NCBI RefSeq assembly: GCF_000150275.1
Contig: NW_002060944.1
Span: forward strand, 4,654,123 to 4,718,122
Origin: Trichoplax adhaerens
Lineage: Eukaryota; Animalia; Placozoa
Length of the DNA: 64,000 bases
Direction: 5' to 3'
Shown: piece after piece, positions 13,301 to 25,356 of the stretch
Layout: every line of letters begins with the position of its first letter
Position numbering within the stretch: position 1 is the first letter of the stretch
Notes under the pieces: model-generated
What the model saw: the letters and a program-made list of their open reading frames with translations, nothing else
Told to the model about the DNA's origin: nothing
Databases searched by the model: none
Translations under genes and position numbers: made by a program

Positions 13301-14237
13301 AGTATCTCGTGTATATAAGATGTTTGAAACAAAATTTTAGCTATCAGATAGAAGCTATGACTGGTCTGGATGCTCTTTTATTCTATCCGATTTTGACATA
13401 GATTTGAAGTAGTATAGAGCTATTAAAATGCAGATCTAATTAGCAGAATTGGTGATTTGGATAGGCATTCATATTTGACTGTGTCCCTTAGCGATATATC
13501 TATGGGGGAAATAATTACTAAGCAATCTGGCAGGTACCGTATCAAATCATGATATTATTGCATTTGGTAGTATATTGATTATACTATAGTTGATCTGTTG
13601 CAATTATTTGAAATTTAACGTTCTTAAGCATGTACAGTTAATACGAGTTGGTTGTAGTAATAGTAACACACCTGTGTAGAACTATCATTCGTAATTGACA
13701 GGAAGCTTAGGAACTTTTTTCATTAACATTAATTTATGAATTCCTATGTTGTATTTGGGAATGACTGTGAATACTTTAACGTAACTTCAGCTCTTTATTT
13801 GGTCAGTTGATGAGTGTAATTGATTATTTATCTAATCTGTTAAAAGCGTAAATTTAAAACTTTATATTGTGTATGTGATGTTATTTTTATTGTTGTAATT
13901 ACTATTTGAGATATCGTATGAAAAATGATTTGTACTTCTTACGTGTTTAATTGATGATCAAGTTCAATAAAACTGAAATTATATTATTGATAGACACCAT
14001 CTCATAATGAAATTTTATCGCTTTTATTTCCGTTGTATATGCATGGCGAGAATTACGATATTTAGATATAATCCTTGGTATTGAATAATTAGTCTATGTA
14101 ATAGATACAAATACTTTAAATTTTATGACGTTTATTTGAAATATCAGCATCAATTTTACAAATAAGAACAATCATTCCTTTGATGAAGGATGAATTTGGT
14201 ACATGGTTGCATTGTATTCGGTTAGTTTAGATTTAGA

Positions 14238-16756
14238 TTAAGATGAACTAGTTGGAGTTGCTTGTACATCGGTAGTTTGGGTTACGTCGATTTCTTCTTC
14301 TGGGTCATCATCACTTCTACTATCGGATTGACTACCAAGATAGCTCTGACTATCGCATTCATTACCAGGATTGTCTATTGTGGTGGTATTCGGTGTTTTG
14401 GTTGTATTGCTACTTAGCGACGGGCGATGTCGGGCACTTTTCTGATGAGCCCTTAATCCAGCTAGTTGTGAATATGCACAGTTGCATACGTTACATTTAT
14501 AGGGTTTTTCGCCAGTGTGTAGTCTCACGTGGTTGCGAAGTGTTGATGATTGAGAAAAGCATTTCCGACAATATTTGCATTGGAATGGTTTTTCAGCTGT
14601 ATGAATTCTCATATGCGATCTTAAGTTACTACGAGAGTTGAAGCCGCGAAAACATATTGTACATTTCATACGTCCTATTGGCATTTCCTGGTTATTTTTT
14701 TGAACGTTGTGCATGCAATTTCCAAATTGTTGGACGTCTAGATAATATACGAAAGAAATCAATATATATATATATATATATATATATGTAAATATATATA
14801 CATATGCGTGAAGAGTAATTAAAAGTTATTCCTATAGATTTATTGCAATCTGTTATTCGTAACAGGAACGATCAGATACTACTGAATAAGCTGCTGTTGT
14901 TAGCTTTTAAAAATGACTGCAAATTTGTATGATGAATATCGATGTCGAAAGCAAAGGTGAAAATAATGAATGAGTGTTTAAAAATACTAGCAATAATATC
15001 CAAAACTTTATTGATTTTATTGTAATATCACCTCATATTATAACTTATGATAGGGCTGATTCCCTAAACTGAATGGGCTACCAGTACTGTAGCAATCATT
15101 AACTAAACTGATTGCTATTATTTTCATGATCAATATTTATGTCATATGAAATATGAAGTTGAAACTATACTAGTATTTGAAATACTACTGTGTAACAATA
15201 ATTGATAACTCGTCTATTGTAACGTATTTTACTGTTTTGCTAATTACGTCTTCAATCTCAATTCATTGTTACAAATTGGCTATTAGCAATTCATTACCGG
15301 GAATTCCAAGAAATTGAGCGTATTCAGGGCCATACCAAATTAATAACTCGTGATCTGGAGGGATATCCTTGATTGCTTTATAGTACAACGTTCCATCACT
15401 ATGTTGATGGAGGATTAAATTTTGCTCTGATGCATTTCGTGCGCAATTGACAAAGCACATCCAATTGGTTGTGTTGCCACCACTGCCATCGATAAAATGA
15501 CTTAATTCTCCATTTTGGTTGAGTACCTGCCAATATGCATAGAAGATGATAATATTAGCATTACGTTCGTTTTCTCCTACTATGTCAGGATAATCGAATC
15601 TATGAGAAAAAAATTTACTATGCACATAAATATCATTCATATATCGTATCTGCATAATCTTTGCTGATATAAGTGTAGTAACTATTCTAAATGCCATTGA
15701 TCTTAAAGCTTGACAATTGTTTACATTATAACTCTACCTTGTAAGACTAAAGTCACTACACAAGTCTAGTAACGTTAAGAAAATCATAGGATGTTAAATG
15801 GCAAGCATAACTAAATCAGCTCCGTATCGAATAGGGTAGATAAATAACGAGATATGATTCAGTTTAGACTGAACTTATTTACGTTGTGAGCATAATATAT
15901 AGGAGAAATTGTATATGATGTCGAACTTGATTGTAAGGTGTATTTTTACTAATGTTAATTTTACCCATAATTACCTCCCACATAAATTCATTCCTGGTTG
16001 ATTCATTAATTTCATTCTTAGACACATAGCGACCAGTAAATGGGCCCATCTCTGTTCCTTCGCTTATCCATCGATCATGGCTAAAAACACCCAGTTGGAC
16101 ATGAGGTAGGGATGATTGCTTAATAATGATGCCATCAGGTACATAAACTAATCGTTCGCTATCACGACCACCCAGAAATAGTGGATGAGGTTCAAGCACA
16201 GCTAATTTTTGTGTTCGTCCACCTTATCGAGTTGATGGATTATGGTGGTGAATATATTTAGATAGAAATAAGGACTAATTAATAACGGGATATATTTTAG
16301 ATACGAGCAATGACTAATTAATAACGGTTTACATGATTAAGATGATGAATATATTTTAGATAGAGGTAATGGCTAATTAATAACGGTTTGCATTATTATC
16401 ATCATAAATATATTTAGATAGCGATAAGGACTAATTAATAATGGGATACATTTTTACTAGAAATAATATTAACGGGCGCGCATAGAATATCTGTAGAATT
16501 AAAAAGTTTGAATGACTTAAAACTTACAATCATCACTTTGAACGATAAAACGATAGCCTCGACATTGATAGAAATGAGATCCAGGCGTTAATTGTCTCTT
16601 TTGATCACCTAAGACGTCGCAAAATTTTCCATACAAGATATTGCGTAGGTGCTCTTCACGAAATGAGAAAATTTTTCTACTGTTTGTTAGTGGTTCTGAT
16701 AAAGCATAAGAAGGATGAGAAGGATTAGAAAGGAGCCATGGTAAACTTGCTGCCAT
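14238..16756 (-). CDS. PRDM12: PR/SET domain zinc-finger transcription factor PRDM12
   Basis: Exons 16756-16528 ([16 protein letters not shown], cf. human LHSFLYGRWRNVLGEQ), about 16201-15975 (acceptor uncertain; [34 protein letters not shown]), 15526-15298 ([40 protein letters not shown]), 14737-14238. The three C2H2 fingers [56 protein letters not shown] are near-identical to vertebrate PRDM12. Confidence 0.95.
14762..14802. repeat. (TA)n microsatellite in the last PRDM12 intron
   Basis: atatatatatatatatatatatatatgtaaatatatata. Confidence 0.9.
16250..16452. repeat. Degenerate minisatellite (about 4 copies, 40-60 bp) in PRDM12 intron 1
   Basis: Recurring aatatatttagata....aaggactaattaataacgg at about 16251, 16290, 16348 and 16407. 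Confidence 0.75.
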
Positions 16757-17499
16757 TGCTGAGGTCAGGATGATTTGAAGTTAATTGAGAGAAAGAGTTT
16801 CAATTTTTTTTCCGGGATCAACAGGATAACGTATAAGGTATGAAGTAGACTAAATAATTTCTATGTCATGCAATTATAGAAGTATTATAGACTAAAATTA
16901 GCTTGTAAAGGGAAAGTTGTAGTTTTTTTAATATTGGCGGATGAATAAGCTGATTAATGAGAGGATTATCTTGATCATCTTTTATATATATATACACTCC
17001 TAGCATAGTTATTGTCATAACTTTGTTAATTAATTAAGGAAGTTTATGGTGGGATTTTTCCTATTATTGTGGATATTCTTCTGATTATTTCAGTTGGCAT
17101 TATTGTGATAGAGTAAATAGACAACATAGTTATGAAGGTCATGCGATGAGTGATAGAAATAGCAAGAAAATTAAAATCGTTTTAAAATAGTTATTTACTA
17201 TCATTAAGAAAAGTTTAGTGATTGATTAAAATGCATTGATGATAGATGTTTTTTGGATAGATCTCTATTTATTTTAGTATTGTTGAAGCATGGAAAAATA
17301 ACCATAATAATCTATTGTCAATAACATCACCTGTTCTAGTAATATCTTTTTAAATAGTAGAATTGGCTTATGTCAATAACGTTAGCAGTTGGAATGAAAA
17401 CATTCCAATCCTATTCTACAAATGGGAAAATTTGCAGGCACTTGTTTTGCATCAATACATACAATCACTGTGATAGGACAGTGATGAGAAAGTTGACAA

Positions 17500-18105
17500 G
17501 GAATTGTTTGCAAGATGGACAGGATGTACAAATGATTTACATTGCAATTTGATGGTCGGTTAATGTTAGATTGAAGACAAATGATTGAAGAGTAAATGGC
17601 TTCCTTTGCAATGAAAAATCTGTTAATGATGGATTAAGGACAAATGATTGTAAAGCAAATGAGTTGTATTGCTATGATCAATCTGTTATGGATTTTAGAC
17701 AAGTCATAGAAGATTTTGGATGAGTCATATTGCCACGGAATGATCTGTTAATGACAGGATTGGAGATAAATGATAAAAGAGAGTAAATAGATTCTATTTT
17801 ATTTTAAGGATCCATTACATCAGTAGATTGAAAATAGATGTAAAAGACTTGGTTTTGTTGCTCTAAATGATCTGTTTATAATCGTGGAAGAGTAAATGAA
17901 CTGTTAATTTTAGTTTAAGAATTGATTACATGAGATGATTAGAACAAGTTTGATATTAAATTGAGTTTTATAGTGACTGAAAGATTTTTTAATTAAATGG
18001 AGCAACAAATGAACTTTCTCTATTTCATGTTAAGGATCTTTTGTACAAGTAGATTGAGAACAAATGACATAAGATTTCGTTTCGTTATAACTGGACAATC
18101 TATTA
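17500..18105. repeat. Highly degenerate ~60-bp tandem repeat upstream of PRDM12
   Basis: Recurring gacaaatgatt...gtaaatg...gatctgttaatga words (about 17577, 17639, 17698, 17765, 17868, 18059). Confidence 0.5.
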
Positions 18106-21100
18106 GTCATGATAGGAAAGTAAACGAGTTCTATTCTGTTTGAAAATTGGATAGTCATGGGCTGAAGATAACGGAATAAAAATTGGAATACACTGATTAG
18201 GAAGAATAAATCTTAACCTGAAGATTTTTATTTCAAGAGATGATTGCAATGAGTCAATTGAACGATAACTATTAACACTGATAAGTAGCTGGAAAGATGC
18301 CTTTGGCTTATTGCATATTAATGGCAATGATCTTATTCAGCCAAATAAAATAAATGCTATTAAAGGTGTCTGATTGCATGAATAAGATTAGGATTATTGC
18401 ATAATCGAAACATAATTAGGCATTAACGAAAACAACAGGCACATTTTGGGCAGGGAATAATTTCTAAATAGTTTCGATTAATTATCTTCCATTATCATTT
18501 ATGAGTAACATTAAATCAATCTACTATTTTTTAATTTGCCATCATCACATTTAAAGTCAAACGCTGTAATTTTTGTTTTTTGTTCCAGGAAGAGAATAAT
18601 GAATGAAAATACAGAGTAGACTGATCAAATTTTCAAATTTAATAACAGCTAGGACACGACGATAAATTAAGAAAAAAGAAACGCTTTAAAGACTAGAAGA
18701 TAATTTCTAGATTTCATTTCCATGAAGAAAGGTATTAGATATCAAAGAATTGGCTATTAAATTATCAATTTCTTATTCTTGTAGAATATATTCATTTCGA
18801 GATCATGTTAAGTCTTAACATATGTCTTAATATCGTGAACTTTACATAAGATATTTTTATGTTTCATTGATATAATGATGTTCGAGATTGGGTAAATAAA
18901 ATTCATGAAGATGGGCTTTATTTAATTAATTAAAGGATAAAATTCCTCAACAAATTGAGAACAACGTATCACGTTGACTCATAATTTGATATTATTTGAT
19001 GCCTTCTATCGTCATGGATGATTTATTTGTCTTATATTTGATACTGTCTTAAATGGATTATAATTATTAACAACATACTAAACAAAATATGAAAGCCTTT
19101 ACAGATAAATAGGGTAGTCGCCAGTTACTTTCTTGATGATATTGCCAGCATTTTACGCTATATCGTAAAGTAGTTGATAGAGAACGTATAAATACCGTAA
19201 CTGGTTTTAAACGTAATCTGTAGTATTTTATTTTGTATTTATTCGTTTATCGTATTAAACGGATACTCAGTAACGCAGTAAAAATTTAAAACATAACGGC
19301 TGTAATGATAAAGAAAACAATCATTAATAGCTTTTGATAATTTTCAATAAAATAGCTTACTGGAGGCTCATTAATATTAGCGACTGCTTTAAATGGAATT
19401 TTTAATGTCATATTTTACATTATTCATAGATGATAGACAACCTAGTAAAATAAGAGCATGAAAATACTTTATAGGTAAACAGAATTGCGATCTTGTTGGT
19501 ATTACTATCATTTCAGTAGTATCAGTATATAGATAATAGATAACGTACGAACTGTTTTTAATAAATGTAACCCAGTTTAATTAATTTTATATCATCTTAG
19601 ATGGATAGTGACCAACTTGTAGAGCGACAAAATATCGATTTTAGAGATAGACATGATAACTATTAACAATCAGATTTCCAATCAAGTTGTTGATGGAGAA
19701 TTTGTAAGCGTTAGAACTGCTTTTTAAATAAAATGGTTATTGAATGATACCCTTATTGCAAGGTAAAATTGTAAAAGAGTTTATTCGATAGCAAGATAAT
19801 CCTTCATTGGATGTGATATTTTTCAGTAATGTGACTAGTCGATAAAGGATTAATAGTTAGAACTGCCTTTACGTTTAATCTAGTTTATTAATTTTCGCGT
19901 TTTATACCACTTCTAATTTGTAATGAATAGCATCATGAAAAATGTTAAAATACAAAGGATTGAATTAATAAATAAGAAAAATACTAATTATTGTATTGAT
20001 AATATAATTATCTACCAAGGTTACCTATAAAACTAGTTGATAGACAAGTCGATAAAACTTATCGAAAATGAATACTTTGATAATTAATCATTGTTTTTAA
20101 ATTATGTTCAAATTACATAAATATCCCCGACAGTGTAGGCAACAATAAGGATAAATAGTGTTGAATAAGATTATGATGTAACCTAATCACTAAAATTAGC
20201 TGAAAGCTATAAACTTTAATTAGTGCAGTTGGAATGACTATCTTTAACTTTAATTTAGTGCTTGTGATTGACTACTATTATATTCTGAATTTTATGATGA
20301 GAGAAATGATGGCTGAATATTGCTCACTCTAATTAAGACTTGTATTTGTGTCTACTTCTAATATACGATATCAAACTAGTTACTTTATGGAATAATGATT
20401 ATATTGAGTAATCTCTTTCTAAATGCGCTACTATAGGAAGGATAAAGACATTCTAGATTAATGATTGGATTAAGTATTATTCTATCTTATTAAATGAAAA
20501 TAGATAGGTAATATTTCTTGCATTCTTGTGGATTGATGATTCCTGATAGCATTTACTACTAGTTAAGTTAGCACCATGACTAAGGTTCACACATTTTGAT
20601 TGCTTACCAAACCTATTATGCACTTCTAGCTATGCAGTGAAACTATTACATAAAGTAATCATATATTACCACCGCTAATTTAATTAAATGACCATTAACT
20701 AATAACTTGATCAGTTTGGTATAAGAAACAGAATACTACTATACATAGTACTAGTGATTTGCAAACTATCAGGAACATGTAAGATAAGACGGGTTTTAAG
20801 TCTTGATTTTCTGTAGAATCTTGTCAGTTTTAACTGTTTTTGACGATATTATTATATCCACCCAGACGTGTGTAGTTATTGGATGATCAATCTTTAGTTT
20901 TAGTTGACTTTCTGTCTAGTATTAAATACAGCTTCAATAAAAACATTATACCATCTGGTTGAAAAGGTCAAGACTTGCATAACAGTCTGCGATACAAGCC
21001 AAAAAGATACAAGAAAGTGAATACATATGCAAAAAGAGTAGCGAATATTAATTAGATTAGATGAGGATTAGACTAATAGATAATAATTATAATCTTACAT

Positions 21101-24100
21101 CATTTAATATATTCATCTAGATAATCTGTTAGTAACATTATGTCAACAAGGGTAATCTTGATGTATAATGATCCATTATACCGATGTTGTTTTTAGCATA
21201 GACAGAATAGCTTAATTATACTGGATCAATTTTTAAATAGACATAAATCAAATAAACGGATAGAGTCTGCAACTATTCCCATAGCTCTTATTGTTGGTAT
21301 GAGTTGGTTTTTATTTTTAGAAATAAATGAAAATTGTGTTGTTTACGCAACTGTATTATCAGGGCAAAATATTTATTTCTATTTCTTTATTCTAAATTAC
21401 ATGATAGTTTTTCGTATCCTGACTGATTTCTATTGTCATCTTACATTCATTAAATATCTGTTAGTTGGTAGGAAACATGACTTACGATAGTTACAGTACA
21501 ATTTAAATGTAGAATAATGTAAATTTAATTGATAATCTTGATCTAAGTAAGGATTACTTTAAAATACCTATTTCTATTTCAACGCTCAATAACGATTAAA
21601 TTAATAAGTTAAGTATTAGCAATGAAATTTTAATGATTTAACTAAAAATCTCACAATGGTCCGCATAACTTATTATACATCATAAATTTAAATTTCAGAA
21701 GATTACCATATCTGATGCTAACCATAGTCGTTTTCAAATTAATTACTATTGCAATTTTCTTCTAAAAAATTTGGTAATAACACTCGATAGAACATGTTTA
21801 GAGATTATTAAAAATAATAAATAGGGCAGATATAGGATGGAAGTATTTTGTAACGTATTAGGGTAACTATTGCAAATTTGTTAGGCGAAAAGATCTCCAG
21901 GAGTATAGAAATGATTGAGAAGTTTAAAGATGTTAAAGAATTAAATATTATAAAGATATATATTCGCATAGGACAACGTTTCAGAAATGTGAGATATAAA
22001 AGCTTCCTATAGTTGGGAAACTCTTAAGGTGCCAGGTTCGTAACCTACCAAGAATTAAGTATTTTTATCTCATATTTGCCTGCGGATTACAGTATAAAGT
22101 TCATTCTAGAGATATGGTATATACAGATCAATTGCGTATTATTTGGAAGCAATAATTAAATTTAAAGTCTATTCAATATTAAATATTACATAACATATTA
22201 CATAACTGGTAAAATTATTTTAAAGAATTAAAAAATATTTTAATACGCGTATTATTAAGAAAGAGGGAATTTGGAGTATCTGTATCGATGAAAAGACTTC
22301 AAATGAATTCATAACAACAAAAGTTGTCGGCTGTTATATATTACAAACCTTAGCGTTCCTATTATTCAGGATGAAATAATTTTTAATCATTTGCTAAATA
22401 AAATTAGTCAACAGAAAGGAAGTTTTATAAAATAATTAAATCTTCACTTTAATTACATAAGATGGATTAATTTATAAGCTGGTATGTCAAACATAATATA
22501 TCCACAGCCTAATTGATATTCCTTTATAAACATGCAAATCAGCGGGATAAATAAAAATAATCTAGGATGGACATACTGTACATTATATAGTGTTAAATAG
22601 CTAAACTAGATGAATACGTTCGTCGCCTAGGCATCTATAGTGAGAATTGACCAGTCTGTTGTAGTTTGATATATCATTAATTGGAATTATGCATCTATCG
22701 TTGCATATGCATTTGATGAAATTTAGACTAACTGAAAAATACAATCAAGTAATTATATGTTGAGTAGCAATGGAATAAACATAATGTGTCTAATTAAGCA
22801 CGAAATTTTAACTTTAAAAATCATGCTATAGAATCAGAAGAACTATTTACTTGTATCAGTTTACGAATACTTTATACTGAAAATGGATGTAATTGAGCCT
22901 ATTATATATTAATTAAGGCTTTAATGCCAATTATATCCTAACGTATTAATTAGCTTTGTAAGACTGCAGAAAAAAATAACAAGATTAATATCGAACAAGC
23001 TTTGAAGAGCAAATGACTCTTGATAGGTGAGCTAGTCCAGAGGATTGTCGAGAAAAAATAATGAGGTCAACATGCAATAAGACTGGAATAACAATCGAAT
23101 CTCAAATAGCTGATTAGTTATGAAGAATTAGAGTGAAAGGGTTATAAGATAGCACTCGAATAACTGATAAGAAATTTCAATATTTTGTAATCGACATGCT
23201 GCAAGTTGATGTTGGAAGATTTGAGGATAGCAGTAAAATTAATGTTCATCCCGACTTAGATAACAAATTCAACTTGTAGGTAAAACTTAGAGCATTACAA
23301 ATAAAGATAAATAAAAAATAAAATTAATAGGAGTGTTCATTAAATTTTTCCAAGGTGGATTACTTCAACTTAATAAACAAGATTTGAAGGTATCGTAATA
23401 AATAACAAAAATTCTGTTTTGTATTATTATTACTACTAAAATATCTAGATGATTGTGTGAAATACCAAGTGCTGATCAATCATGAACTTTTAAGAGAGAT
23501 AAAGTTATTTAACCTTGAATATTTTCGAGTATCTAGGGACAATATCAAATCATTTCAAATAATTAAAATAGAAATTTTTATTCTATGCTATATTATTTAT
23601 TTCCTGGAAATTAATAAAAGCTATGTTGATCAATTTTATTTAGAAGGAAAGGATGCTTATATACTCATTCCTTCAGGTTACTTTTTATCATGTTGACTCA
23701 AATCTCAATAAAAAGTTCTGTTGGCATCTTAAAAGTAAGTTAAATTTTGAAATTACTCTACAATCATTATTGTAACTTACTCTTGATAATCTTATATTCA
23801 CTTGTTATTGCATAAATTATTATCAGTTAATTGGATTCAATTTTCTCTTTACTGTTGTCTTTTATCATTCAACGTAGGAATAACTATCACTTGATTCTCA
23901 TAAACAAATAAACAACCATCACGAGCAAGCTGTTCTTTATTTTTTAGCTTAGCGTGGATGAATTTAGTGAATAAAAGATGTAGAGGCTGCTTTGTTGCTT
24001 ATGTTTTTCATTCTCTTTAAAAAAAAAAATAAAATAATAAAGTTGGGAAATAATTAAATAGAAGTAAAATAAATCGTAAGAAACAGTTCTTCTTTATTGA

Positions 24101-25169
24101 TAGCATCAAAATTAGTTTTCATGATAAGATCAAAAATAACTGTTGTTTTGATTAGAAATACAGAAAACTGATGGTTTAATATAAGTTGATGCTTTAGCAG
24201 TATCACTACTATATGGTATATAGATGATGATGAACAAATAGAGTAAATAATAGGAGTATTGCAATTACGATGAGGATAAATAAATGATTTTCTATTAAAA
24301 TAAACTAAAATTTTTATCTAAGATCTTCAAATGATATCTTACCATTGTGGCTACTCTACTCTGACAAGCACTTATAGTAAATGAAGTAATACTAAAAACT
24401 TTAGAGCAGACAGTTCCGTGGCCTTATAAACTGATATACTAATCCTAGAGACGGTATCAAGGCAGTATCATTATTTCGCTATGACAGTCCAGTACATTAA
24501 GCAATATCAAAAGGATGGAAAGAAACCTATAACGCTATTTGGAATACTAGATAAATTGATAATTTATTTGCTTCAAATCTAGCGATGATGTCTTTGCTAA
24601 TATGCTCTCATATTCAATATAGAATGCGTAGTATAGTAATATCCTTCTATACAATATATTCGTATGCTATATAAGCCTTGTTATTGCACTACATTCTGTA
24701 ATATACGTACAGGAAATATACGAGTATCCTATTTTATATCCTACTTAGCCTTAGCTGCAGTATCCTCAACGCGTAAGCGCATGTAAACCTCTGCAATCCA
24801 ACTCTTAGATAAGTCCTTATCATCTCATTCTTCTTATTCGTAACATTAGCATCATTTTAGCATACATTGTTATCATCATCACAAAATCATCAGTTGCATC
24901 CTTTTTCACGTTGTTTCTATCTCATCCTGAATTAAATCTCTCTACTTTAAACAAGATATTATTGTATTTAATTATTACAATATCCAAACATCCTTTACGA
25001 TGATTTCGGACCAAAGGTCTACAGTATTCTTAGTTTATGTAGAACGATGAATATTCTACTCTCCTGTGACTTATGTCAATTTTAAATAGAGACTAGAGAG
25101 GGAAATCAATCCATCCAGAATTAATCCAATCTGCCATTCCATCAAGATGATAGATTAGATTGAATTAGA

Positions 25170-25275
25170 ACCGGAAATGATGATGCATCATGAATGAGAT
25201 TGGACTTGCGCATGCGCGATGCAACTGAGATCGCTTCCGTTGGAATGGATCTCCTTTATTACTACGCATGTCTGA
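25170..25275 (+). promoter_or_regulatory. DOLPP1 proximal promoter with NRF1-type palindrome and ETS-like sites
   Basis: GCGCATGCGC at 25208-25217, CCGGAAAT at 25171 and CGCTTCCG near 25232, all 120-190 bp upstream of ATG 25357 in an otherwise AT-rich background. Confidence 0.55.
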
Positions 25276-25356
25276 TCGCTTTCTCGTCTTATTCTAGTCG
25301 ACCATGTTGGCTGCCTCCAAGTAGAAAGAGAGATAGAGAGAATCCAAATTAGAGCC

